Shown here piece by piece: positions 9,719 to 20,350 of a stretch of 64,000 nt of DNA (its first letter is position 1; every line of letters begins with the position of its first letter). The DNA comes from an uncultured Verrucomicrobiae bacterium (lineage in GTDB: Bacteria; Verrucomicrobiota; Verrucomicrobiia; Limisphaerales; UBA8199): assembly GCA_963822005.1 (NCBI GenBank), contig CAWGGD010000029.1:83368-147367 (forward strand). Direction: 5' to 3'. The notes beneath the pieces are model-generated. The model did no database searches. It worked only from the letters and a program-made list of their open reading frames with translations, and had not been told where the DNA came from. A program made the position numbers and the translations under genes.

Positions 9719-12181
9719 TCAGTGGTCCTTTCGGACGCCGCTAATCTTAAGGGTGACGGCGTGATCACACGGCGGTTTGGCTGGAAGTTGGACCATCAGT
9801 CCTTCCTCAGATTGGGTCCAATTGAGGTGGCCGCGATGGCCGAGCAGCCGGACCTGCTTGACGTTGCCCGGTGCGAGAGGGGCTCCCTGGGCGAGGGATT
9901 TGACGATGAGCGTGCCGTCGGCGGGCCAGGCGAGAGCGATGGCGTAAAGAACTGGGCCTTTGGCAGTAAACCGGAAGTCCCGGCTGGTAAAGGCCTTGCG
10001 TTTCGTGTCGGAGAAGGACCCGGCGACGACCGCCGTGGGACCTTCGCCAAAGACCTTCCAGGGCCGCGTGCCGTAGATGGCTTCGCCGTTGACCTTCAGC
10101 CAGCAGCCAAGTTCCCGGAGCATCTGCTGTTCGTGTTCCGGGATGGTGCCGTCCGGCCGGGGGCCGATATTCAGCAGGAGAGCGCCGTTCTTGCTGACGA
10201 TGTCCAGGAAGTCGCCGAGGATGTGCTCGACGGTTTTGTATTGGTGGTTGGTGATATAGCCCCAGGAGTTCTCTGACACGGAGTTGCAGGTTTGCCAGAA
10301 GTCCGGCTGAATTCCATTGAGCTGGCCGCGTTCGACGTCAAAGACGCCGGTTCCTTCAGGAAAAGACTCACCCTCCCAGCGTTTGAAGTTGATGGCGACG
10401 GCTTTGCCCCATTGCGCGCCGCGATTGTAGTAGTAGGCAGCGAAGCGTTTCAGGTAAGGCTGGAAGACCGGCTGGCAAATCCACCAGTCGAAATAGATCA
10501 GTTGCGGGCGGTATTTGTCCACGATCTCGCAGGACCGGAGCAGCCAGTCGTCGAGGAAGGCCTGGTCGGGAGGTTCGGACTGGTTTTCGGCGAGACGCTG
10601 GTTGTGGGCTGGGCCGTAGAGCCCGCCGTAGTTGGTGTCGCGCACGTCGGAATCGAACCAGAGGCCGCGGTCGAAGAACCACCAGTGTTCGGCGCGGTGC
10701 GAGGAGGCGCCGAAAACAAGGCCCTCCTGGCGCACCGCCTTGGCCAAGGCGCCGATAATGTCGCGCTGGGGCCCCATTCTAGCCGCTGACCAGTCGGTGC
10801 AATCGCTGGCGTACATCGGGAAGCCGTCGTGGTGTTCAGCCACCGGGACCACGTATTTGATGCCGGCATCCTTGAAGAGCCTGGCCCAGACTTTCGGATT
10901 GAAGTTCTCGGCCCGGAACCGAGGGATGAAGTCTTTGTAGCCGAACTTCGACTGCGGCCCGTAGGAGGCAAGGTGATGGTTGAACTCGGGGGTGTTGGTC
11001 CGATACATGTTGCGCGGATACCACTCGCTGCCAAAGGCCGGGACGGAATAGGCGCCCCAATGGATGAAGACGCCCAGCTTCGCATCCTGGTACCACCGCG
11101 GTGTTTGGAAACGCTGGAGGGAGGCCCAGTCCGGTTTGAATGGGCCGCCGTTGGCAACGGCATCAATCTTTTCCAGGCGGGCAGCGACCTCTGCGTTCGA
11201 GAGCCGCGTCAGCAGGGGCAGACCCAAGCCGGGCACTTGTTCCCTGCCCACGCGCAATAAGTAGTCGAGCACTTTGCGTTCAACCTGCAAAGCAGTCCCG
11301 TGCTTGTGGCCCTGCGGAAAGGAGACTTCCCTGGTGATGTCCGTGAAGGTCGAGAAGTCACGTGTCTTCAGGGCGTCGTACATGCCAGCCCGGTAGGCGT
11401 CGAAATAGACAAGCCAGTCCTCGCCGATCTTAAGGGCACAAGGCCCTTCGGTGAATTGCTCCGTGAATGGTTGGGAGATATTGCGCCAGGGACCGAGAGG
11501 GCTTGGGCCAAAAGCGACGCGCAGGTTGCGCATCGGGCGGGTGTTGTCCTTATGCAGGAGCACGTAGCGGGCACCGTCCTTGAGGATAAAGCCGTCAATA
11601 ACGCTGTAGCTCGGCTCGAAGAAGAGCCTGGCGGGAGCGAAGGTCTTGAAATCGCGCGTGGTGGTGAAATAGGCCCGCTGGTTGTTGTCATGGGGCTCGA
11701 GATTGTCCGGGAAGCGACCCGGGATGGTGGAGGACCACACGATGGTAAACTGCTTGCTGTCTTCGTCGTAAAACAGCTCCGGCGCCCAGACGTTTACGGT
11801 GGTCGGCTCATGCGCCATCACCGGCACGAATTTCTGTTCCGACCAGTGGACCAAGTCCTGCGAATGGGCGTAACCGAAGCCCTGGTCCCCGCGCCAACCG
11901 GTCGTCCAGACCAAGTGAAACGTCCCGTCCGGACCACGGAGCAGACTGGGGTCCCGCATCAACTTGCTGGAACCGGTCCTTGGTTTGAGGAAAGTTCCAG
12001 GCACATTGGTCCAGTGGTAACCGTCGAAACTAAACAAGAAGCGGAGCCCGTCCTGGGCAGGTTCGCGAAAGGAAGTGAATAGGTAGGCCGAGTTCGTTTC
12101 GCTGGCCGCAGGGAGGTCCGCCGGGACCAGAAATGCGGCGGCTGTCAATACCGCTGCTGCGAGCTGCAACCGAATCGTCAT
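9719..12181 (-). CDS. bifunctional GH43-like beta-propeller / GH29 alpha-L-fucosidase
   Basis: ORF 9719-12571 trimmed to ATG 12181, which gives the signal peptide MTIRLQLAAAVLTAAAFLVPADLPAAS and lies 22 nt after the upstream stop. The N-half is GH43-like (...MRDPSLLRGPDGTFHLVWTTGW..., ...VWAPELFYDE...). The C-half is GH29 (...PRWYQDAKLGVFIHWGAYSVPAFGSEWYPRNMY...). Confidence 0.85.
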   Translation of the reverse strand: MTIRLQLAAAVLTAAAFLVPADLPAASETNSAYLFTSFREPAQDGLRFLFSFDGYHWTNVPGTFLKPRTGSSKLMRDPSLLRGPDGTFHLVWTTGWRGDQGFGYAHSQDLVHWSEQKFVPVMAHEPTTVNVWAPELFYDEDSKQFTIVWSSTIPGRFPDNLEPHDNNQRAYFTTTRDFKTFAPARLFFEPSYSVIDGFILKDGARYVLLHKDNTRPMRNLRVAFGPSPLGPWRNISQPFTEQFTEGPCALKIGEDWLVYFDAYRAGMYDALKTRDFSTFTDITREVSFPQGHKHGTALQVERKVLDYLLRVGREQVPGLGLPLLTRLSNAEVAARLEKIDAVANGGPFKPDWASLQRFQTPRWYQDAKLGVFIHWGAYSVPAFGSEWYPRNMYRTNTPEFNHHLASYGPQSKFGYKDFIPRFRAENFNPKVWARLFKDAGIKYVVPVAEHHDGFPMYASDCTDWSAARMGPQRDIIGALAKAVRQEGLVFGASSHRAEHWWFFDRGLWFDSDVRDTNYGGLYGPAHNQRLAENQSEPPDQAFLDDWLLRSCEIVDKYRPQLIYFDWWICQPVFQPYLKRFAAYYYNRGAQWGKAVAINFKRWEGESFPEGTGVFDVERGQLNGIQPDFWQTCNSVSENSWGYITNHQYKTVEHILGDFLDIVSKNGALLLNIGPRPDGTIPEHEQQMLRELGCWLKVNGEAIYGTRPWKVFGEGPTAVVAGSFSDTKRKAFTSRDFRFTAKGPVLYAIALAWPADGTLIVKSLAQGAPLAPGNVKQVRLLGHRGHLNWTQSEEGLMVQLPAKPPCDHAVTLKISGVRKDH

Positions 12182-12203
12182 AAGCCGACGCGCAAGCAGG
12201 ATG

Positions 12204-14564
12204 TCAACGTCCGTCCCACTGGAAGGATCGGCCAGTCTCCAGCTTGAGCTCACGCGTGGTGTCCCCGTAGCGAAGCACACAAGGTTTACCCGTGAGACTG
12301 CGGATGACGGCGGAGGTGAGTTTTCCCTCTTGCCAGGCCAGCGCCACTTCAAAGCCGCCCCGGGCACGGAGACCTTTGACGCTGCCCCTGGGCCAGGTTT
12401 TTGGCAACGCGGGGAGCAATTCGATCTCGCCGGCGTGCGACTGGAGGAGCATTTCCGCGATGCCCGAGGTGCCGCCAAAGTTCCCGTCGATCTGGAACGG
12501 CGGGTGGGCGTCAAACATGTTTGGATAAGTGCGGGCGGGTGACAGCAGCGACCGAAGGACGCTGTAGGCATGGTCCCCGTCCTGCAGCCGCGCCCACAGG
12601 TTCAGCCGCCAGCCCAGGCCCCAGCCCGTGGCGCGATCCCCGCGAATTTCGAGCGACTTGCGCACGGCGGCGGCCAGTTCGGGCGTGCCGCGCAATGTGA
12701 TGTCGCTGCCGGGAAAGAACCCGTAGAGATGCGAAACATGGCGGTGATTACGGTCCCCGGTCTTCATGTCCCAGTCCTCGAGCCATTCCTGGAGCTGGCC
12801 GGCCTCGCCAACTTGATTGGGGGCAAGGCGCGCGCGTGTCGCGGCAAGCTGCGCGCGAAGGTCTTTGTCCACGCCAAGGATTTCGGCGGCCTGGATGCAG
12901 TTGGCGAAGAGGTCGCGCAGGATTTGCATGTCCATCGTTGGCCCGGCGCAGATGCTGGTGCGATAGGGGTGCTTGTTTTCGGGAGACAGCGATGGGCAGG
13001 TAACCAGCCACTTATGCGTCGGTTCTTCAACCAAAGTGTCGAGGAAGAACTGCGCGGCGCCTTTCATGGCCGGGTAAGATTTGGCGAGGAATTTCCTGTC
13101 GCCAGTGAACCGGTAGTGCTCCCACAAGTGCAGGCAGAGCCACGCCCCGCCGCTGGGCCAGAAGCCATAAACGGCGGCGTCCACCGGTCCCGTGGCCCGC
13201 CACAAATCGGTGTTGTGATGGGCGACCCAGCCGCGCGCGCCATAGTGAACCCTGGCCGTGCGCGCGCCGGTATAGGTGAGGTCCTCGATCAGGGCGAAGA
13301 GAGGCTCGTGGCACTCGCTGAGGTTGCAGGTCTCGGCCGGCCAGTAATTCATCTCCGTGTTGATGTTGATGGTGTACTTGCTTTCCCAAGGGGGCGTCAT
13401 GCTCTCGTTCCACAGGCCCTGCAAGTTGGCGGGCTGGTCGCCGGGGCGGGAGCAGGAGATAAGCAGGTAGCGGCCGAACTGGAAATAGAGCGCCGCCAAT
13501 TGCGGGTCGTTGCCCACCTCGAAGTTTTTGATCCGTTCGTCGGTGGGCAGCCGCGCGGCATCGCTGGTGCCCAAGTCCAACTGCACACGGCGAAAGAGCC
13601 GCCGATGTTCCGCGACATGCGCGGTGAGCAGGCCGTCAAGTGATTTCCTGCCGGCGGCGCGGATCTGCGTGGTCACGGTCTTTTCCGGCTTGCCGTTCGC
13701 GTCTTTGCAATTCCGGTAGCTGGTGGCGGCGGCGATCAGCAGCGTGGCCGAGTCTGCGCCAGCGACTGAAACCGAATCCGGACCTGCGGTCGTCTTGCCG
13801 CCTTCCGCCAGCACACGGGCGGCAGCCTCGAACTTGAGCGCGCCTGGAATCCCGCGGAGTTCCGGGTTCACGCCTCGCAGCCGGAGGGTGTGGTCGGTCA
13901 CGGAGACGAGGTTGGTTTGCGGGGAGTGAAACGCGCAGCGAAACGAGACCTGGCCCGGCCGGTCGGCCGTGAGGCGCAAGACGATCACCTGGTCCACCGG
14001 GCTGGCGAAGATTTCGCGCGTGAACGTGACACCATTGGCGGTGTAACGGACAGTGGCGACGGCGGTATCCAGGTTCAGATCGCGGCGGTAGTTTTCGACC
14101 TGCTTCACTTCAGGAAAATCCAGGAGCAGGTCACCGACTGACTGGTAGGGCATTTCACGCAGTGGCCGGGCCATCATGTTGTCGTGGATGAACTTCTCCG
14201 CCTCCAGGTAGCGGCCGGCGAAGATCAGGCGCCTGGCCTCCGGCAAAGCGGCGAGGGCGTTGGTGTTGCTGGGATCATAGGGCCCGGCGGCCCAGAGGGT
14301 GTCCTCATTGAGTTGGAGGCGTTCGCGTTCGATGCCGCCGAAGACCATCGCACCGAGGCGTCCGTTGCCGATGGCCAGGGCCTCGACCCACTGGGCCGCA
14401 GGGCGCCGATACCACAGGCTGAGCGGCTCGGACAGCGGCCCCGCTTCGCCTAGAAACTCCCCGGCGAAACGGGGGTTGAGGTTGGTGGAACTGTCGGCGG
14501 CGCGAGCCGGGAGCAGGGACATCACCGCGAACGCGGCGACAATGATCTGGTGGTGGATCCTCAT
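12204..14564 (-). CDS. alpha-L-fucosidase, glycoside hydrolase family 95
   Basis: ORF 12204-14744 trimmed to ATG 14564 ([22 protein letters not shown]). GH95 N-domain ...[28 protein letters not shown]...[13 protein letters not shown]... and catalytic blocks ...[12 protein letters not shown]..., ...HHNTDLWR.... Confidence 0.9.
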   Translation of the reverse strand: MRIHHQIIVAAFAVMSLLPARAADSSTNLNPRFAGEFLGEAGPLSEPLSLWYRRPAAQWVEALAIGNGRLGAMVFGGIERERLQLNEDTLWAAGPYDPSNTNALAALPEARRLIFAGRYLEAEKFIHDNMMARPLREMPYQSVGDLLLDFPEVKQVENYRRDLNLDTAVATVRYTANGVTFTREIFASPVDQVIVLRLTADRPGQVSFRCAFHSPQTNLVSVTDHTLRLRGVNPELRGIPGALKFEAAARVLAEGGKTTAGPDSVSVAGADSATLLIAAATSYRNCKDANGKPEKTVTTQIRAAGRKSLDGLLTAHVAEHRRLFRRVQLDLGTSDAARLPTDERIKNFEVGNDPQLAALYFQFGRYLLISCSRPGDQPANLQGLWNESMTPPWESKYTININTEMNYWPAETCNLSECHEPLFALIEDLTYTGARTARVHYGARGWVAHHNTDLWRATGPVDAAVYGFWPSGGAWLCLHLWEHYRFTGDRKFLAKSYPAMKGAAQFFLDTLVEEPTHKWLVTCPSLSPENKHPYRTSICAGPTMDMQILRDLFANCIQAAEILGVDKDLRAQLAATRARLAPNQVGEAGQLQEWLEDWDMKTGDRNHRHVSHLYGFFPGSDITLRGTPELAAAVRKSLEIRGDRATGWGLGWRLNLWARLQDGDHAYSVLRSLLSPARTYPNMFDAHPPFQIDGNFGGTSGIAEMLLQSHAGEIELLPALPKTWPRGSVKGLRARGGFEVALAWQEGKLTSAVIRSLTGKPCVLRYGDTTRELKLETGRSFQWDGR

Positions 14565-14580
14565 AACAAGCGGCAGTCGT

Positions 14581-15267
14581 TCAGTTCTGGATTTTCGGCG
14601 CAGGCGGGGCGGTGTGGGACCTTTTCCTTTCCCCCCAATCTTTGTAGGCCTGTTTGAGATCATGCCCTTCGGCGGTGAGGTAGTTGTTGATCTTCCCTTT
14701 GAACCGGTTGAAGACCGCCGACTTCTCCTCAGCGCTGCCGGCATCCATGCCCTCCTCGCGGGCTTCCTTGAGCAGCTCCAGTATCCGTTGCTTCTGCCCG
14801 TCGGTCAGGTTCGGCACAATCTCGCAGTAGGCATCGTAGGTCACCTTGACTTTGTTGTAGGTCATCCGGTCTTTGACCCGCTCGACTTGTGCCGGTGTCA
14901 GAACCTCCGAGAGACCGGCAAGGAATTTGTCGTGGCGCGCTTTAAGAGACGCCCTGATTTGGGCGGCCTGGTCGGGGGTCACGTTCTTAAGCTTCACATC
15001 GTTCGCGTCGTGCCAGTCCCGCAGGGCGCGGCACTGGGCGATGAGGAGGTCATGCGCCTTTGCGCTCCTGGCTGGGTCGTTCAAATCGAGAACCGCGAGG
15101 ATGTCCGCCACTCGCTTCTCGATGGTCCGGGTGTAGGCAGCTTCGGCCTCCTGGGCGGCTTTACCCGGCTCATCGGCCAGCGTAAGCGGCACACAAGAGG
15201 CTAGTAGAGTGAGGACCCACGCAGCTCCTTTGCGGATCATCGGCGATGTCTTCCGGCTTCTATTCAT
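14581..15267 (-). CDS. DUF3826-like secreted helical protein
   Basis: 228-aa ORF with a signal peptide. The blocks ...[36 protein letters not shown]... and ...[24 protein letters not shown]... look like DUF3826 to me from memory and need an HMM check. There is a clear paralogue at 42954-43640. Confidence 0.65.
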   Translation of the reverse strand: MNRSRKTSPMIRKGAAWVLTLLASCVPLTLADEPGKAAQEAEAAYTRTIEKRVADILAVLDLNDPARSAKAHDLLIAQCRALRDWHDANDVKLKNVTPDQAAQIRASLKARHDKFLAGLSEVLTPAQVERVKDRMTYNKVKVTYDAYCEIVPNLTDGQKQRILELLKEAREEGMDAGSAEEKSAVFNRFKGKINNYLTAEGHDLKQAYKDWGERKRSHTAPPAPKIQN

Positions 15268-15357
15268 CTTCGGGTGTGCGGCTTGCCCCCATCTTCAGCC
15301 CGGAGTTTGCGCGGGGCAGCTTGTCCCATGCTCCGCAGCCAAGGCTATTTTCTGAAT

Positions 15358-18153
15358 TCACAGCGCGAACGCCCGGAAGAAACGCGGCCATTGATTCGTC
15401 AGCCCGTTCAACGGCAGCAGCTGCATTGCGCCGCTGCCGGTCACGTTGGTCCAATCCAGCCACGCGCCGCTCAGATTGGTCTTGCTTTGCACGGTGAGGC
15501 TGCGTCCGCTCTCACCAGTGAGTTCGAGCATCAACGAACCGTCCAGGCTGCCGATGCCGAGAACGGGCGGTTGCGGTGGTGCCGTGGCGGCAATGAGCCG
15601 GAGGCCGACGGTGTTCGTCAGGGAATCGCCCTGCGCGTCCACAACCGAGAAGCTGAAGCTGCCAAGGGCGTTGGTGTTGACGGTGGAGCTGAAGCGGGCA
15701 GTCGTCCCCGCGGCCAGGGTGACCGCGCCATTGATCGCGTTGAACACATTAAACGCCGGGCTGTTATTGGTGAAGCCGCGGGTGAGTCGCGCAAGGTCCA
15801 CGTCGAGCGGCGTGCCATTTGTGCAATCGAAATGCGGCACAGCCAGCCAGTTCAGGTAATCTTCGAGGTTCGTGTATTCGTCCCCGTCGGGATCGCCGTT
15901 GCTGTCGGAGAAATCGCCGGGCGGTGAGCTTGGATCCAAGCCCTTGATGGCTTCCCACCAATTCGGCAGACCGTCATGATCCGTGTCCCAGTCGGCGGGA
16001 CGTTGCACGACCAGATAGTCTTCCCACCCGCCCACGTCGTCCTGCGAGTTAGGCAGACCGGGCGAGCCGCCGTATGGGCCGGTGCCAGTGTAGGTGTAGG
16101 TGCCGTCAATTGTCTCGCGAATGACGCGCGCATCATGATCGTCAATCATCGGCTGCGTGCAGCCCACGTCGGAGAGCACGATCTTGCAGGCGTTGGTCGC
16201 GGACTGAATGTCTGCGTAGGACGGGAAGAACGGCGAGGTTACCCACGAGGTGTAGTTCGTGGGCAGCCAGCCCCCGCTTTCCGTCGATGCGGTGCGTCCA
16301 GCCTCCTGATTGGCCACGGTGAAGTGGCCGGGCATGACGTTATTGACGAAGTAGTACTGCTGCGTGCCGGGGAAACCGCCGTACTGGGCATTGAGAGCAT
16401 AGAAATAGGCGGAGGCCGCACCGGGCTTGTAGTAGTTGGCGACGAAATTGACCTCGTGCGCGCCGCCGTCCGTGGTGCGATGGCCCCAGTTGTAAACCAC
16501 GTTGTTAAAGATATCGAGCCGTCCGGCGTAGTAGCCGGCGCCATCCAGGCCGCCAGCCATGCTCCAGTTGCGGCCTTCGCAGTGCGCCAGCAGGTTGTGA
16601 TGCAGGCTGGCGACGTCGCCGCCGACGCTGGCCGCATAGCCATGGGCGGTTCCCGGCGGATAATTTTGATGACCCGCAATGTTCAATGCCTCGGAAATCA
16701 ACGTTCGCTGCAGCGTGAGATTCTTCGCGTTGCGCGTGCTCATCTCCTCGTCAATGCCCCAACTGATGGAGCAATGGTCCATGATGCAATGCTCCACGCC
16801 CGCCATGCCCGAGCCGTTGAGCGTGGTGCCGGAGATATTTCCCGGACGCGATCGGATGTGGCGGACGATTACATCTCGCGCCCCGCTCAAGCCCAGCTGA
16901 TACTTGCGCGTGCAGATGCCCTTGCCCGGTGCGGTCTGACCCGCGAGCGTGATATAGGGATAGTTGGCGTTGATGATGAGGTCAGACTCGAGGGTGATCA
17001 GGCCAGACACGGCGAATACCACCGTGCGCGGGCCGTAATTGCCGGTGAGCGCGTCGCGCAGGCTGCCGGGGCCGCTGTCGTTGGTGTTGGTTACCTCGAC
17101 CACCACGCCGCCGCGCCCGCCACGGGCGAAGCGTCCGTAGCCTTCCGCGCCGGGGAACGCAAGGTGGCGCGAACGGAACATCCAAAGGTCGCCTTTAGTC
17201 ACGCCGTTGGTCGCGTTCAATTCGTCAATCCGCCAGTAATAGGTCAGGAGGCTGTTGATGTTTGTCGCCAGGCAATTGGTGCCCGTCCGGTTGCCTTTGA
17301 ACTCGATCGAAGCGTGCGTGGCGGTCTTGACCGCGTTGCTGTCCGATCCGAAATAGACATCGTGGGACACGGCCGAAGCGGCGGCGGCCCAGCGCAACAA
17401 CAGGCTGCGACTGTCCGCATCAACGTGTTCGTCGAAATTCGCAGGTGCAGGGGAATAGGCTTTCAGCGTGGAGTTGGCGGTGTCGATCTCAAAGCCGTTG
17501 ATGTATACGTTCTTCGTGGTGGCAGCATTGTTGGTTTCCGCCTGGATCAACACCACGACATCCTGGCCGGCCACCGCTTCCAGGTTCAGGTAGGCTGTGG
17601 TGGCCTTCGCGTTGTTGGTCACGCGGACGGACATGGCAAGGTTCGTGATGGCCATGACCCCGTCCGCAGACAAGTCCAGCGGCGCGACGGTGCCCGGCAC
17701 AAGATTATCCCAGACGCTGTGGTAGGTGAGGAGCGTGTGGCTGCCGGCGGATAATCCCGAGATGCGCATTTCGATTTGGCCACCGGCATCCCCGTTGGCC
17801 ACCTTGATGCCGTCGGCGGTCAACTTCACATTGTAGGTCGTGCTTTGGACGCCATCCTTCCAATAGCCCGGCGCCAAGCCGGTGCCGATGGGCCCGACCC
17901 GCGTGAAGGTCACGGTGATGCCCACGAACGTATTGGAGGTCAAGTCGCCGCCGGAGAACCAGAGCGAGTTCGTGGACCAGGGCGTGAACGCCGGGTCCAA
18001 TCCCTCCGCCACCGGCCGGTTGTTGTTATTGATGTCCACCTTGAGTTCCTGGGCGGAAGAAGCAACGGCAACACAGGTCAAGACAGCGGTGACGGCGATC
18101 CTGCAATACGACATTAGAATCATCACTTGGAGAATACGACGACCAAAGTCCAA
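15358..18153 (-). CDS. multidomain pectate lyase (PL1 core) with N-terminal beta-sandwich modules, EF-hand pair and C-terminal module
   Basis: 931-aa ORF with a signal peptide. PL1 core AFPGAEGYGRFARGGRGGVVVEVTNTNDSGPGSLRDAL...LAGQTAPGKGIC.... EF-hand pair DTDHDGLPNWWE...DPDGDEYTNLEDYLN. The C-terminal ~70-aa module ends in FFRAFAL. Confidence 0.85.
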   Translation of the reverse strand: MDFGRRILQVMILMSYCRIAVTAVLTCVAVASSAQELKVDINNNNRPVAEGLDPAFTPWSTNSLWFSGGDLTSNTFVGITVTFTRVGPIGTGLAPGYWKDGVQSTTYNVKLTADGIKVANGDAGGQIEMRISGLSAGSHTLLTYHSVWDNLVPGTVAPLDLSADGVMAITNLAMSVRVTNNAKATTAYLNLEAVAGQDVVVLIQAETNNAATTKNVYINGFEIDTANSTLKAYSPAPANFDEHVDADSRSLLLRWAAAASAVSHDVYFGSDSNAVKTATHASIEFKGNRTGTNCLATNINSLLTYYWRIDELNATNGVTKGDLWMFRSRHLAFPGAEGYGRFARGGRGGVVVEVTNTNDSGPGSLRDALTGNYGPRTVVFAVSGLITLESDLIINANYPYITLAGQTAPGKGICTRKYQLGLSGARDVIVRHIRSRPGNISGTTLNGSGMAGVEHCIMDHCSISWGIDEEMSTRNAKNLTLQRTLISEALNIAGHQNYPPGTAHGYAASVGGDVASLHHNLLAHCEGRNWSMAGGLDGAGYYAGRLDIFNNVVYNWGHRTTDGGAHEVNFVANYYKPGAASAYFYALNAQYGGFPGTQQYYFVNNVMPGHFTVANQEAGRTASTESGGWLPTNYTSWVTSPFFPSYADIQSATNACKIVLSDVGCTQPMIDDHDARVIRETIDGTYTYTGTGPYGGSPGLPNSQDDVGGWEDYLVVQRPADWDTDHDGLPNWWEAIKGLDPSSPPGDFSDSNGDPDGDEYTNLEDYLNWLAVPHFDCTNGTPLDVDLARLTRGFTNNSPAFNVFNAINGAVTLAAGTTARFSSTVNTNALGSFSFSVVDAQGDSLTNTVGLRLIAATAPPQPPVLGIGSLDGSLMLELTGESGRSLTVQSKTNLSGAWLDWTNVTGSGAMQLLPLNGLTNQWPRFFRAFAL

Positions 18154-19765
18154 GGACGACAGGGAATTGCGACAGGGAATTACGGCGGGCAGTATGAGAC
18201 TGGCACATCGCGGAGATTAAGGTCTGGCGAGCGGCAGCCACACGCTCATCTCCGCCGGACCGCGATTGGCCCAGAGGGCGTAAGGGATGAGCCGCACCTT
18301 GAATGGCGTGGTCCTGACCGGTTGCAGCTCGCGGTAGAGTTGATTCTGCCAATCGGTGTGGGAGCGAGCGACGGCTGTTCCTTCCAGAACGACAGCACCG
18401 CCCAGCAAACGCTGGTCATACCGAGCCGCAAGGTTCGTGTCTGGGGCGAGCCAGACCTCCAGCGGCTTCAAGCCCTCTGGCAGGTCAATCGATTCGAGGC
18501 AATAGACGGTCGGCCCACGCTTCACGGCCACCTGGCCCAGCGTTTCCTCGACGAGCGGATGGGCCTCAATCAATTCGATGGGCATCGGGAAACCCAGATC
18601 CACGACGTCGCCGGTGGTCCACACACGACGGATTTCATGATAACTTCCCGGCTTCGGGGTCGAGTCCGCCGGCCCCTGATTGATTCGCACCGAAGCCTGT
18701 TTCGCCCAACCCGGGATGCGCAGCTTGAGTGCGAATGGCTGCTTCCCCCGCCCCTTCACCGTAATCCGCACCCGTCCATTCCACGGATATTCCGTCTCCA
18801 TGCCTAGCTCCAAGGATTGGCCGCCCAGCTCCGTTTTCAACGTGTTGCCACCGTAAAGATTCACCCAGATCGCGTCGGTGGACTTCACGTAAGCGTAGCC
18901 AGGCGACTCGGCAATGGTACGCGCCAGGTTGGGCGGGCAGCAGAAGGAGCTCAGGAACGGAACACGTTTGTGCGGCCAGCGCAGTTCTACCGGCGGCGGT
19001 TCCAGCGCGCGGAGAGGATTGACGTAGAAAAAATTAGTCCCATCCAGCCCCACGCCCGAGAGCACGCTGTTGTAGAGTGCCAGTTCCAGAACGTCCACGA
19101 AGCGGGCCTCGCCAGTGGCAAGGAACATGCGCCAGTTCCAGAGCACGTTGCCGATGTTGGCACAGGTCTCGGCATGCGCCGTGGTGTTCGGCAGCTCGTA
19201 ATTGTGGCCGTAAGCCTGATGCGTGCGCGTGATGTGCTTCTGGTCCGTTGAGCCGTAAGGCGAAGCGCCGTCGTAGAGCGCACCGCAGCCGCCGGTGAGG
19301 TACATCTTCTGCCCAGTGAGGTTGCGCCAGATCGGCCCGAGCGGCTGCCAAAAACTCGCGTCGCCGGTTTCCATGAACAAGTCTGCCGCCCCGGCGTAAA
19401 GGTAATTGGCGCGCACCGCGTGGCCGACGGCGTTGGTCTGTTGGTCCAAGGGAATGCGATCCTGGTTGTCATCGCTGCCGTCAGTAACAAGAGCACGCAA
19501 AGCGAGGAACTTCCTGGCCAATTCCAGGTACCGCGGCTCGCGGGTCGTGCGATAAAGCTCAACCATACCCATATAGTGCGAAGGGCAGATCGAGTTACGC
19601 GCCAGTTCCGGTGTGGGATTCCGAGACGTTTCGTCGAGAAAATCCGCCGCTTTGCGGGCCACGGCCAGCAGATTGGTGCGACCGGTGACGCGGTGGTGAA
19701 GGCAGGCGGCTGTGAGCAGATGGCCCAGGTTATACATCTCGAACTGGAGGCGGTCTTGGAAGGAG

Positions 19766-19793
19766 TTGAGGGTTGAGGGTTGAGGGTTGAGAG
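19766..19793. repeat. heptanucleotide tandem repeat (TTGAGGG)x3 + TTGAGAG inside the GH127 coding region
   Basis: Direct reading gives ttgaggg at 19766-72, 19773-79 and 19780-86, then ttgagag. On the coding (minus) strand it is translated in frame as ...SLNPQPSTLNS.... Confidence 0.95.
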
Positions 19794-20227
19794 AAGAGGC
19801 GAGGTTGCGCTCGGCGATCAGGGTTGGGGTGTGGATATAGCCGTCGGCCGCTGGGCTTTGGCGATGACGCCCACCGCCTCCTCGATACGCTGCGCCAATT
19901 CAGGGTCGGAAGTCGCGGCCAGGACCGCGCAAGCGGCTTCCATGTACTTGTAGAAGTCGCCGTCGTTGAAGGGTGCGCCGCGGTGGCGGCCCTCGGCCAG
20001 GCCGGCCGCAATGCGAATGTTCTGATAGAAATGGCTGTAGTTCGTGCCTTGCATGATGGACCACAGGCCGGGCAGAGTCTTGTCGCGGCAGAGGGCGAAG
20101 CGGTCGGCCCAGAAGCCGTGGGTCCATTGGACTTCGTTCAGGCCGACAGGGCGGACGCGGGCAAACGGGCTGGCGCTGGTGTCCGCTATGCAGGCCTCAG
20201 CCGCGCGAAGGGAGGGGGCGGTGAAAT

Positions 20228-20260
20228 GCAGAAAGCAGAAAGCAGAAAGCAGAAAGCAGA
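20228..20260. repeat. heptanucleotide tandem repeat (GCAGAAA)x4 plus a partial unit, encoding the GH127 signal-peptide core
   Basis: gcagaaa at 20228, 20235, 20242 and 20249, then gcaga(cc). The minus strand reads gtc tgc ttt ctg ctt tct gct ttc tgc ttt ctg cat = VCFLLSAFCFLH. Confidence 0.95.
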
Positions 20261-20350
20261 CCGCGCGGTTCGGTTGCGGTTTCGCCGCACTACGGCTACG
20301 GGTCGTCCAAGCAGCGGACTCATCTGTAATCTGCACGAGGGATTTCATCT

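Larger units (their letters stand above)
18217..20348 (-). pseudogene. GH127 (DUF1680) beta-L-arabinofuranosidase-family protein, one base short at ~19845
   Basis: ORFs 19818-20348 and 18217-19737 are the N- and C-parts of one protein. It reads ...FNDGDFYKYMEAAC...VIAKAQR, then in the other frame ...DGYIHTPTLIAER...FEMYNLGHLLTAACLHH.... The second frame is open from 19899. Restoring one G in ccg(g)ac joins the two parts. Confidence 0.8.

Noticed and set aside
12182-12571. N-terminal extensions of long ORFs (also 14565-14744 and 29843-30016)
   Set aside because: The extensions overlap the 3' end of the upstream gene and are Arg/Ser/Pro-rich. Internal ATGs at 12181, 14564 and 29842 give canonical signal peptides and tight or overlapping gene junctions.
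15976-17754. 592-aa plus-strand ORF
   Set aside because: It lies entirely antisense to the well-supported PL1 lyase gene 15358-18153. Its Arg/Gly/Ala/Val-rich composition is typical of shadow ORFs in GC-rich DNA, and it has no recognisable motif.
19766-19793. Possible telomere, CRISPR or other spacer-repeat interpretation of the TTGAGGG units
   Set aside because: The units are contiguous 7-mers without spacers. They are internal to a chromosome segment and translated in frame inside genes, so this is a microsatellite, not a CRISPR array or a chromosome end.
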